Source: Archangium sp. (GTDB lineage Bacteria; Myxococcota; Myxococcia; Myxococcales; Myxococcaceae). From it: 18,004 nucleotides of DNA. The notes beneath the pieces were generated by a model that searched no databases, was not told the origin of the DNA, and saw only the letters and a program-made list of their open reading frames with translations. The stretch is taken from assembly GCA_031367385.1 (NCBI GenBank), contig JANLPS010000142.1, forward strand, positions 1-18,004, in the 5' to 3' direction. Shown in pieces: positions 8,058-15,930 of the stretch. The position numbers and the translations under genes were made by a program. Within the stretch, counting starts at the first letter, position 1. Every line of letters starts with the position of its first letter.

Positions 8058-9031
8058 AGCTACCTCAGGAGTTCTTCTCCCAGCAGCTGCTCGCACAAAG
8101 GGCCGCCAGCCCGAGAACCATCGCCAGCTACCGCGACGCGATCCGACTCTTGTTGCAGTTCACCGAGAAGCGGCTTCGCAAGGCGCCAACCGACCTGGCG
8201 ATGGAGGATCTCGATTCGACGCTGGTCCTGGAGTTCCTCGATCACTTGGAGAAGGAGCGTGGAAACAGCGCCCGTAGCCGCAACCTCCGGTTGACGACAG
8301 TCAGGTCCTTCATGAAGTTTTCCGCGCTCCGCGATCCGAGTTCGCTGGCCGTTGCCCAGCGCGTACTCGCAATCCCAACGAAGCGCTTCGACCGTCGCAT
8401 GGTCGGCTTTCTCTCTCGAAGGGAGGTCGACTCGATCCTCGACGCGCCCGATGGCTCCACATGGAGCGGCCGGCGCGACCGGGTGCTGTTCGCCACGCTC
8501 TACAATACGGGCGCACGCGTCTCGGAGATCATCGGCGTCCGCCGACGAGATCTCATATTGGAAGGCGTCGCTTGCGTGCGTCTTCTCGGCAAGGGGCGGA
8601 AGGAGCGCGCGGTTCCTCTTCGGAGGACTACGGCGAGAGACCTACGGCGGTGGCTCGACCAGATCGAGGGCGGCGAGGAGCGGCCCGTGTTTCCCAATCG
8701 CGGAGGGCAAGCGCTGTCGCGGTCAGGCGTCGAGGATCGGCTCGACGCCGCCGTTCGACTCGCCGAGGCGACTTGCATCAGCCTCCGCGGTCGGCAGATC
8801 TCGCCCCACACGTTCCGCCACTCGACCGCGATGCATCTTCTGCAGGCGGGGGTCGACGTCACCGTGATTGCCTTGTGGCTCGGCCACGAGAACCCAGCGA
8901 CGACACACCTCTACGTCGAGGCAGACCTGGCGATGAAGGAGCGCGCGTTGGCAAAGGTTCAGCCCACGCGATCGGGCATCGGGCGTTTCCGGCCTGGAGA
9001 TGGGCTGCTCGCGTTTCTCGAAGCTCTTTGA
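8054..9031 (+). CDS. Tyrosine recombinase, RitC-like (third gene of RIT elements)
   Basis: 325 aa. SAM-like N-terminus (SPRTIASYRDAIRLLL) and a full catalytic set: TGARVSE (R), GKGRKER (K), HTFRH, LGH, THLY (Y). The C-terminal ADLAMKERAL..RFRPGDGLLAFL tail is what I recall as typical of RitC. Confidence 0.93.
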   Translation: MKLPQEFFSQQLLAQRAASPRTIASYRDAIRLLLQFTEKRLRKAPTDLAMEDLDSTLVLEFLDHLEKERGNSARSRNLRLTTVRSFMKFSALRDPSSLAVAQRVLAIPTKRFDRRMVGFLSRREVDSILDAPDGSTWSGRRDRVLFATLYNTGARVSEIIGVRRRDLILEGVACVRLLGKGRKERAVPLRRTTARDLRRWLDQIEGGEERPVFPNRGGQALSRSGVEDRLDAAVRLAEATCISLRGRQISPHTFRHSTAMHLLQAGVDVTVIALWLGHENPATTHLYVEADLAMKERALAKVQPTRSGIGRFRPGDGLLAFLEAL

Positions 9032-9041
9032 CTATGCGGAG
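9030..9041 (+). repeat. Right subterminal inverted copy of the binding motif, overlapping the recombinase stop codon
   Basis: GACTATGCGGAG is identical to 741-752 and is the reverse complement of 9099-9110. Confidence 0.9.
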
Positions 9042-9094
9042 ACCGGAGAGGGCTCGCCGCCTGCAGCGGCGGGCAGTTCGCGTTGCCCGAGGTT

Positions 9095-9126
9095 GATGCT
9101 CCGCATAGTCCGCAGCTACGCATAGC
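9095..9126 (-). repeat. Right terminal inverted repeat
   Basis: Reverse complement GCTATGCGTAGCTGCGGACTATGCGGAGCATC, 30/32 identical to 725-756. Confidence 0.95.
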
Positions 9127-9989
9127 GGTAGCTATGCATAGATCCGCATAGAGACTGAAACAGCATCTTCGCTTCGTAGCGCCCTGCTTCGGTCACGAAC
9201 CACCCGTGACCAACCCAATGCGACGACTCGCAGGAATAGAAGCCTCCGGTGGTCTTGCCGTTGTACGAATACGGTTCGACGTTCAACGGGCTCACCGCGC
9301 TGCCCGCCGGGCCGAAATTGCTCGTGTCGATCATTCGCGTGTAGTTCTTCTGCGGCCCGACGCCGGTGCCCGGGTTCACGAACCAAACCCACCGGGGCCC
9401 CTGCTCCCCGAAGGCTGGTTTGTACTGAACCGCGCCATACGTGTGACCGATGTAGAGCGACCCATCGGGGAAGCGCCCATACTCGTCGATCGCCGCGCTG
9501 CCGCCTTCGGCATACGCCATGGTTGGCACATGCGAGACGCTGTAGGTCTTGGTCGCGCGGTTGTAGTGAACGAGCCCCTGAAACTCGGTGCCGTGCCCGC
9601 TGTTCGCCATCACGATCTCGTCGCGATCATCGGCGGGGAGCGACACGATGCCGCCGTAAATATTGAACGCATCGCTGATCTTGCCGGAGGGGTAGATGGG
9701 CGGGTTGACGTCCGGCGGGAGATTTGACCGTGTGGATGTCTCGGAAATAGATCAGGCCTCCACCGAACCGAGCTGGTTGACCGGCGTCGGCCACACCGCT
9801 GTCTGCACGGCTGGAGTTGGACGCACCGGCATCAACGGCTCCCCCGTCGAAGTGGCCTGCGTCGAAACCTGAGTCAGCACTGAAAAAGACTCCAGCGTCA
9901 TTCGTGCCGCCGTCGGCGTCGGGCTGAAGCGCATTGAGAATCTGGGCGGAGCATTCGTGCTCCACAGTGTGGTGGCGAGTCGACACCAC
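9127..9989 (-). pseudogene. 5' part of the interrupted host gene (hypothetical, DAG/DGG linker then a beta-rich domain)
   Basis: ORF 9627..9989 carries a DAG/DGG/DSG linker. A frameshift around 9720-9780 leads into LPPDVNPPIYPSGKISDAFNIYGGIVSLPADD and ORF 9116..9646, whose stop lies inside the right TIR. No signal peptide at the present start. Confidence 0.65.
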
Positions 9990-9992
9990 TGA

Positions 9993-10814
9993 TCAGTGGG
10001 CGACGACCAGCGAGTAGTCGACGGCCGCTGTGCCTTCGAATGACTTGAAGGTGCCATGGCCAAGCGCAGCCATCTGGGTCAGACGCGCGAGGTCGGCTGC
10101 CAGGGCCCCTGCGGGGCACATCGAGGGAGGCGGGTCGATCTTGCAGGAGGTCTGTACGATGGGGTCGTTGCAGGCCGAAATCGCCTGTCTTGGAAAGAAG
10201 ACGCGCGCCGCGCTGAAACGCACGCTGTGCTTTGCATCATCGAGCCCGGGAAAACCGGCAACCGCCCTGCCGCAGAGCAACGCCTGATCTTCATTGGTCG
10301 TGCTGCCGTCACTGACCAGAATGATTTGGTAGTTGGCTGACCCGCCCCGAGCAATATCGGCGGCGACCACGCTCTGCAGCTGCGAGAGTACCGGGACGAA
10401 CTGTCGAGCCCCCTGCGGCGTGCCCTGCCTCAGAATCTCCTGCTGCAGAGAAAGCCGCATCGCGGCGGTGAAGGCCGAGAGGGGGCTCAACTCCGAAGCA
10501 CCTGTCGGCGTGAGGTAGGCGACGCTCGAACCCCAAAATTTGACGATCAGAATGGGCGTACTCGCCGGGAGCTGATCAAGAAACGAGGTGAGGCCCGGCC
10601 CCCGCCGCCCATCGGGGTCTGTCACCGTCAGAGACTGAGAATCTTCGAACGCGAAGATGAATTTGGTCTCTCGTGTGCCTGCGTCTCCGACGCTGGGGCC
10701 CGCATCGACCACTGGCGTGCCAGCATCAGCCACTGGCGTGCCAGAATCAGCGACGATGGGCCCGGTCGTGCCGCAGGCGGTGATCAGCAGAATGAGAAGA
10801 GACAGAGCTCGCAT
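9993..10814 (-). CDS. VWA-domain lipoprotein resembling the VWA domain of myxobacterial MtsD/CglB-type proteins
   Basis: Start reassigned to ATG 10814 (MRALSLLILLITAC, lipobox). DAG linker, FIFAFEDSQSLTVTDPDG, IILVSDG, RLTQMAALGHGTF. 273 aa. Confidence 0.7.
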   Translation of the reverse strand: MRALSLLILLITACGTTGPIVADSGTPVADAGTPVVDAGPSVGDAGTRETKFIFAFEDSQSLTVTDPDGRRGPGLTSFLDQLPASTPILIVKFWGSSVAYLTPTGASELSPLSAFTAAMRLSLQQEILRQGTPQGARQFVPVLSQLQSVVAADIARGGSANYQIILVSDGSTTNEDQALLCGRAVAGFPGLDDAKHSVRFSAARVFFPRQAISACNDPIVQTSCKIDPPPSMCPAGALAADLARLTQMAALGHGTFKSFEGTAAVDYSLVVAH

Positions 10815-10881
10815 CGCTCGTGACTCTGCACAAGGTACGCCAGACAGCTCTTCACCAAAGCGGCACGCCCAAAGCCGACGC

Positions 10882-13038
10882 TCACGGCTTGGGGGCTGGC
10901 GGTTTCGGCAACGCCAGCTCAATCACCGTCATCGAGTACGGCGGCAAGCGAACCGAGTGCCCGATGCTCGCGCCCTTCACCTGCTCCGCGAAGCCCTTGG
11001 GGTCTCCGGTATACGTGTAGACCTTCTGCGAATCAGGCCGCGGGCACCCGCGCAAATCGATGCTGGCGTCGAGCGCGCCCGTGGTCGAGAAGTTGAGCGC
11101 GACCAGGGTCACCGACAGCCCGTCAGCCGACCGCGAGGCAAACAGCGAACCCTCGGGAGGCCCTTCGGTCGGCATCGAGAGCTCGCGAAAATGCCCGCCT
11201 TTGCCGTCGTAGTTGCGAAACGCCCGAAACGCCCAGAACGCGGGTGAGCCTTCGCCGGGGTACGTCCAATAGTAGGCGGAGTAGAGGCCTTGTTGCCCGA
11301 AGCGGCCCAGCGCCTCGGCCAGCGCGAGCCCACCCGACATGTGCCGCTCAGCGCCGAAGTTGTATTCGCCGATCGACAGCTTGAGCCCGGGGTTGTTGCG
11401 CGCGACCCACTCCTTCATGCGAGGTATCAGGCGTATCGGCTCTTTGATGTACGACTCGTCGGTGTACCGCGCGTCCCACAGGCTGCGGGTCGAGCGAATT
11501 CGCAGCGCATTGGTGGCCGGGTCGGTCTGCCCATCGGTGCCGACGCCCAAGCCCTTCGCCTGAGGGTAGTAGTGCAGATCGAGCACATCGAGAATGCGCA
11601 CGCCGGTTTTTTTCTCGTGCTCGGCCAGGCGCTGCAGGTACCACTCGATCAGCGGTACATCGCCGTGCGCGCGGCGGTCAGGCTTCAGGTTGAAGCCAGC
11701 CTTCGCGTCGGCGGCGGAATACGAGAAGCCTGGCCATCCCCACTCCGCCGGGCCGGCGATCAGCGCCCCGGGCGCGGCCTTTCGAACCGCCGAGCCGTAC
11801 GCGATGGTGCGCTCGAGCAGCTCGTCATAGGTGACCGGGTTCGGGTGCAGGTCGCGGTGCGTGTCGTTCCACAGCGCGGGCTCGTTATCGAGAATGTACA
11901 TCTGCACGCTGGGGCCGCGCTGCTTCTCGAACTCGTTGATCTTCTCGACCCACTGCCCGATGAACTCCGGTGACGCGCGAATGCTGGTGATGGCCGGAGC
12001 GCCCGGCGTGACCGGTTTGCCGGTGGCCTTCGCCACGCCGTTGCCGGCCTTGCGGTTCTCGCCACAGGTGGCCTCTTGCGCACCGAAGTCGTCGGTCGAA
12101 AAGGCGACCGACTTCGTGTCTTTGGCAACCCAGCCGAGAATCGGCACGGTGATGGCGCTGCCTAACTTGCGGTCGCGGTTGACGCCCAAGAATGTCGACC
12201 ACACCGCTTCGTTCTTGTGGCCGTAGTCGGTGTTCATGAAGAAGTAGTCGCTGGCGGTGTTCCACGCGTTGCCGAGCTCCCAGTTGTAGCGGCTGGTCGG
12301 GTTGCCGCCCCAGCGCCGAGAGGTCGCCCCCACCTTGAATTGGGTGTCGGTGTCGAGCTCTCGCAGCGCTGAGTACGCGATGCCGTAGATCAGCGGGCTG
12401 ATCGGCGTGGTCGGGGCGGCGCAGTCGACCACGAACGAGGCGGGTTCTCCTGGAGCAGCGCGCAGGGCTTCGGCTTTCGCTGCCAAGACCGGGTCGACCT
12501 GGGTGAGGCCGATGTGGTCGAGCTCGACTTCTCCGGTGCCGGCGATGGGCTTGTACGCGCGAATGACCAGCCGGTTGAACGGCGAGAGGCTCGGGTTGAG
12601 CTCGGTCATCGAGACGAAGACCTCGCTCCAGCCGCCTTCGAGGTCGACGCGGTGCTGCGGCCCAATCACGACCCGGGGAAAGGTGTCGGCTTTGTCGGAG
12701 TCGACCCGCACCTGAAAGAAATCGCCCCAGGCTGGCGAGGCGCGAAAGCGAAAGACCACGCCCCCGAAGGCGCCGGTGAGCGCGGGCTTCGCAAGAATCC
12801 ACCCTCCGTAGTTGCCCAAAGGGAGCACCTCGGCCGTGCCCAGCTTCGGCTGATGGGTGACCCAGCCGTGGTCTTGCCAGCCACCTTTGAGCCCGTCGTC
12901 GTAGATGGTTTCGACGATTTCGGGCGTGGCGATGGTGCGGGTACCGGCGGGGCGAATCGAGGTGGCGGGCGCCGCGCCATGGCAGTTGAAGCCCAGGCAC
13001 AGCACCATGACGAGAGAAGTACGCACGGGCGCGACCAT
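10882..13038 (-). CDS. Glycoside hydrolase family 44 (endoglucanase/xyloglucanase type), myxobacterial EpsB-like
   Basis: ISPLIYG, RWGGN, YNWE.GNAWN, LDNEP (acid/base), DLHYYPQ, RIRSTRSLWD, GEYNFG (nucleophile). N-terminal carbohydrate-binding-like module. Start uncertain (13038, 13026 or 13008). Confidence 0.9.
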   Translation of the reverse strand: MVAPVRTSLVMVLCLGFNCHGAAPATSIRPAGTRTIATPEIVETIYDDGLKGGWQDHGWVTHQPKLGTAEVLPLGNYGGWILAKPALTGAFGGVVFRFRASPAWGDFFQVRVDSDKADTFPRVVIGPQHRVDLEGGWSEVFVSMTELNPSLSPFNRLVIRAYKPIAGTGEVELDHIGLTQVDPVLAAKAEALRAAPGEPASFVVDCAAPTTPISPLIYGIAYSALRELDTDTQFKVGATSRRWGGNPTSRYNWELGNAWNTASDYFFMNTDYGHKNEAVWSTFLGVNRDRKLGSAITVPILGWVAKDTKSVAFSTDDFGAQEATCGENRKAGNGVAKATGKPVTPGAPAITSIRASPEFIGQWVEKINEFEKQRGPSVQMYILDNEPALWNDTHRDLHPNPVTYDELLERTIAYGSAVRKAAPGALIAGPAEWGWPGFSYSAADAKAGFNLKPDRRAHGDVPLIEWYLQRLAEHEKKTGVRILDVLDLHYYPQAKGLGVGTDGQTDPATNALRIRSTRSLWDARYTDESYIKEPIRLIPRMKEWVARNNPGLKLSIGEYNFGAERHMSGGLALAEALGRFGQQGLYSAYYWTYPGEGSPAFWAFRAFRNYDGKGGHFRELSMPTEGPPEGSLFASRSADGLSVTLVALNFSTTGALDASIDLRGCPRPDSQKVYTYTGDPKGFAEQVKGASIGHSVRLPPYSMTVIELALPKPPAPKP

Positions 13039-13086
13039 ACCGGCAATCGCGGGTACGGTGCGCCCTTCACCACTGGAGGCCTCGTC

Positions 13087-14706
13087 GTGGACCCAATCAA
13101 GCGCCTGGTCGAGCTGCTCGATGACCAATCACCTCGCAAACGCATCGCCGCTGCGGTCGTCTTGGGTGAGCTGCGTGTCAAAGATGCGCAGGTCGTCGCT
13201 CGCCTCGTCGAGATGGCCAAAGACCCCCTCGACGCGTTCGCCGAGCCTGCCATTGAAGCGCTCGGGCAGTTGCATGCGCTCAAGGCCCTGCCGGTGCTGC
13301 TCGATTCGCTGGGCCGCTCGAGAGACGTTCAAGGCTTCGCCCGCACGGCCATCGCGGCGCTGGGAGAAGACGCGTTGCCCGAGCTGCGAGAGCGTCTGCA
13401 CGACGCCAAGCCCGAGGTGCGCGCGGTGCTCTCGCAGCTTCTCCCCGCGGTCGGTGGGAGCAAGTCATTCGAGCTCACCCTCGAGGGCATGCGCGACCAG
13501 CCGTGGGAGGCCATCAACAAGGTTGCCCTCTCGGTGCGACAAGAAGCCCGAACGATGAGCGAACCTCAGAAGCGGGTGATGAAGACGCAGGTCGACCGGT
13601 TTCTCGCCAAGAAGAAGACCCTCGAAGACGAGACGGCCTTGCGTGGAGCCTTGAAGGTGCTCGGTTTTCTCGAGCTGGTCGACACGCAAGACCTGCTGCT
13701 CGGGTACGTCGGTGCGAAGCAGGCGCCGCTGGTGCGGGTCGAGGCCGCCACCGCGCTCCGCTTCGCCTGCGGCAAAGGCCCGACCAAGAAGGCGCTGCGA
13801 AAGTTGATCGACCTGCTGCTCGACGCAGACCCTCTCGTCGCGCGGGCCGCCCGCGACTCGCTCACCGTGCTGAACATCGGCCCGGAGTTCGCCGACGAGC
13901 TCGCCGAGCTGTGCGCGAGCAAAGATGCCGAGGTCGCGCTGTGGGCGATACGCCACCTGGGAGCCCTCGCCGCCGGCCTCAAGGGCTCGCTCGCGGCGAA
14001 GACGCTGCTCCCGGTCGCGCGGGGTGGTGACCGTGCGCGCGCCGATGCGGCGGCCCGGGTGCTCGCGGAGTTGCCCAACGGAGCGACCTTGCTGGTGCAG
14101 GCGCTGGCCGACGCCGAAGACGAGGTGGGCGCGCAGGTGCTCTCTGACGTGCTGGGCCCCCTCGCGGCGAGCTTGCAGAAGAAAGACGTGAAGCTGCTCT
14201 TGGCCGCGGGCACCAAGAACCTGGGCTCGGCCCTCGCGATTGCCCGCCGGCAGCTCGAGCCAGTGCGAGCGACCGACGCCGAGGGCTGGGGCGAGGCGCT
14301 GCGCACCAAGGCGAAGGCCCTGCGCGCCAAAGACCCCGCGCGCGCCGAGCTGATTTCCCAGATGCTGGGCCGTTCGGGAGTCGCCACCACCGCCGACCGC
14401 TTCGAGATGGCGGTGCAGCAGCTGCTCCACCATTCGCTCGACCCGCACCCGAGGGCCCGGCAGCGTGACCCTGCGCTCTCAGAGCTCGAGCGGTTGCACG
14501 CCGAGGGCTTCGCGGTGGCGCAGGCCGTCACCAAGCACAAGCAGCTGGGTGACGACGCGCGGTATTACGTGGGCGTTCACTTCGCCGAGAAGCCGCAGTT
14601 CGAGCTCAAGAACGTCGGCGCCGAGCTGCTCGAGGTCATCGCCGGCAAGGGCAAAGGCAAGCTCGCCAAGGCGGCGAAGAACAAGATGAAGTTGCTCGAG
14701 CTGTAG
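13087..14706 (+). CDS. HEAT-repeat helical protein
   Basis: GTG 13087 preceded by GGAGG. Repeated HEAT-like units (KRIAAAVVLGEL, AIEALGQL, VRVEAATAL, VARAARDSL). 539 aa. Confidence 0.85.
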   Translation: MDPIKRLVELLDDQSPRKRIAAAVVLGELRVKDAQVVARLVEMAKDPLDAFAEPAIEALGQLHALKALPVLLDSLGRSRDVQGFARTAIAALGEDALPELRERLHDAKPEVRAVLSQLLPAVGGSKSFELTLEGMRDQPWEAINKVALSVRQEARTMSEPQKRVMKTQVDRFLAKKKTLEDETALRGALKVLGFLELVDTQDLLLGYVGAKQAPLVRVEAATALRFACGKGPTKKALRKLIDLLLDADPLVARAARDSLTVLNIGPEFADELAELCASKDAEVALWAIRHLGALAAGLKGSLAAKTLLPVARGGDRARADAAARVLAELPNGATLLVQALADAEDEVGAQVLSDVLGPLAASLQKKDVKLLLAAGTKNLGSALAIARRQLEPVRATDAEGWGEALRTKAKALRAKDPARAELISQMLGRSGVATTADRFEMAVQQLLHHSLDPHPRARQRDPALSELERLHAEGFAVAQAVTKHKQLGDDARYYVGVHFAEKPQFELKNVGAELLEVIAGKGKGKLAKAAKNKMKLLEL

Positions 14707-14802
14707 GCGCGGCTGACGCGGCGAGCTCGTGAGGTCGCCCGGCGACCGGCGCCGCGGCCCTGCGCGAGCGCGCCGTGCAAGGCACCCGCCCCATACCGGT
14801 CT

Positions 14803-14928
14803 GGGGGTCCAACGCGTTGGAGGCCCCGCTGGTGCGCCCAGCCCGGGGGTCCTACGCGTTGGAGGCCCCGCTGGTGCGCCCAGCCCGGGGGTCCAACGCG
14901 GTGGAGGCCTCGCTGGTGCGCCCGGCCC
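14803..14928. repeat. Three tandem 42-bp palindrome-containing repeats
   Basis: Unit GGGGGTCCAACGCGTTGGAGGCCCCGCTGGTGCGCCCAGCCC at 14803, 14845 and 14887, with 1 to 3 substitutions and no spacers. Confidence 0.95.
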
Positions 14929-14936
14929 GGGCGTGG

Positions 14937-14988
14937 AGGCCTCGCTGGCGGCAGGCCTCGCTGGCGGCAGGCCTCACTGGCGGCAGGC
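14937..14988. repeat. Three tandem 16-bp repeats plus a partial copy
   Basis: AGGCCTCGCTGGCGGC at 14937 and 14953, AGGCCTCACTGGCGGC at 14969, AGGC at 14985. Confidence 0.95.
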
Positions 14989-15004
14989 AACGCGGCGGCG
15001 GGCG

Positions 15005-15910
15005 TCAGTTGCGCGGCGTCGCGCCCATCGCCTCGAGCAGCTCGATGAGGTCGTGAAACGTGGCCTCATGACGCGTCGAACAGAACTGGCACGTCACCGC
15101 GGTGCTGCCCTGCGTGTCGAGAATGTCTTGCACCTCGGCCCGGCCCAGCGACGCCAGCGTCGAGAGCACTTTTTCTTTCGAGCAGGTGCACCGCCACTGC
15201 AGCGGCCCCCGCATCACCACATTCGGCGCGAGCTCTGCGCAGACCGCCATGAGCACGGTCTCGGCCGTCACCGATGGCAGCGAGGTCAGCGCGGTTCGCA
15301 GCCGCTCGGGCAACGCAGCCCCCAGGCGCTCCAACGCCTTGGCGTCGCCGTCGGGCAACGCCTGAATCAAGACCCCCGCGACCAGCGTGAGCGGCTCATC
15401 AGGCGCCGAGATGACATCGAGCGCCAGCCGCGTCGCCACCTGCTCGGAGACCTCGAAGTACTTGTTCATGTCATCGGCGAGCGACATCGCGGTCAGCTCG
15501 ACCGAGGAGCGATAGAACTCACCCTCTCCCACGTCGCGCAGCACCGACAAGAACCCCTTGTTGCCCAACGCGCCACGCCAGCGAAACGCGCCTTCGGCCA
15601 GCTCGACATCGACGTACGGGTTCTTCACGTACCCCCGCACGTCGCCCGAGGCCGAGGCGTCGACGAGCAGGCCGCGCAGCGCCCCGTCACACTCGAGCTG
15701 CAGGTTGATGCGGCTGTTGTCTTTTTGAAGCGAGGCCATCAACGAGGCCCCGGTCATCGCCTGCCCCAGCAACGAGGCGGCGGCGGTTTGCAGCTGGTGC
15801 TTCGAGCGGGCCTCGCGCGCCGCAGAGCTGGCAACGACGACCGACACCTTCAGGTTGATGCGCGGCAACAAGGCCCGCGCCACCCCATCTGTCGAACGCT
15901 GCTCAGCCAT
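15005..15910 (-). CDS. hslO: Hsp33 redox-regulated chaperone
   Basis: 301 aa. GDVRGYV, YFEVSEQV, AGVLIQALP and the C-terminal zinc motif CTC...CQFC. Confidence 0.95.
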   Translation of the reverse strand: MAEQRSTDGVARALLPRINLKVSVVVASSAAREARSKHQLQTAAASLLGQAMTGASLMASLQKDNSRINLQLECDGALRGLLVDASASGDVRGYVKNPYVDVELAEGAFRWRGALGNKGFLSVLRDVGEGEFYRSSVELTAMSLADDMNKYFEVSEQVATRLALDVISAPDEPLTLVAGVLIQALPDGDAKALERLGAALPERLRTALTSLPSVTAETVLMAVCAELAPNVVMRGPLQWRCTCSKEKVLSTLASLGRAEVQDILDTQGSTAVTCQFCSTRHEATFHDLIELLEAMGATPRN

Positions 15911-15930
15911 GATGAACGGTGCGCTTTACG

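Larger units (their letters stand above)
725..9126. mobile_element. RIT-family tyrosine recombinase element derivative carrying an RND efflux cargo operon, probably non-autonomous
   Basis: 32-bp terminal inverted repeats, an inner inverted motif at each end, ritC-like gene plus ritB-like remnant next to the right end, and in-frame restoration of the flanking gene on removal (8402 bp). Confidence 0.85.

Noticed and set aside
8054..9031. Chromosomal xerC/xerD or prophage integrase
   Set aside because: It overlaps a second recombinase remnant, abuts terminal inverted repeats and has no phage genes nearby.
715..9135. IS or composite transposon with target-site duplication
   Set aside because: No DDE transposase, and the flanks share only one base directly at the junctions.
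12514..13086. N-terminal extension of the 730-aa ORF
   Set aside because: Overlaps the GH44 gene on the opposite strand. A GGAGG-preceded GTG at 13087 marks where HEAT-like sequence starts.
14803..14988. CRISPR array
   Set aside because: Units are head-to-tail with no unique spacers, and there are no cas genes in the window.
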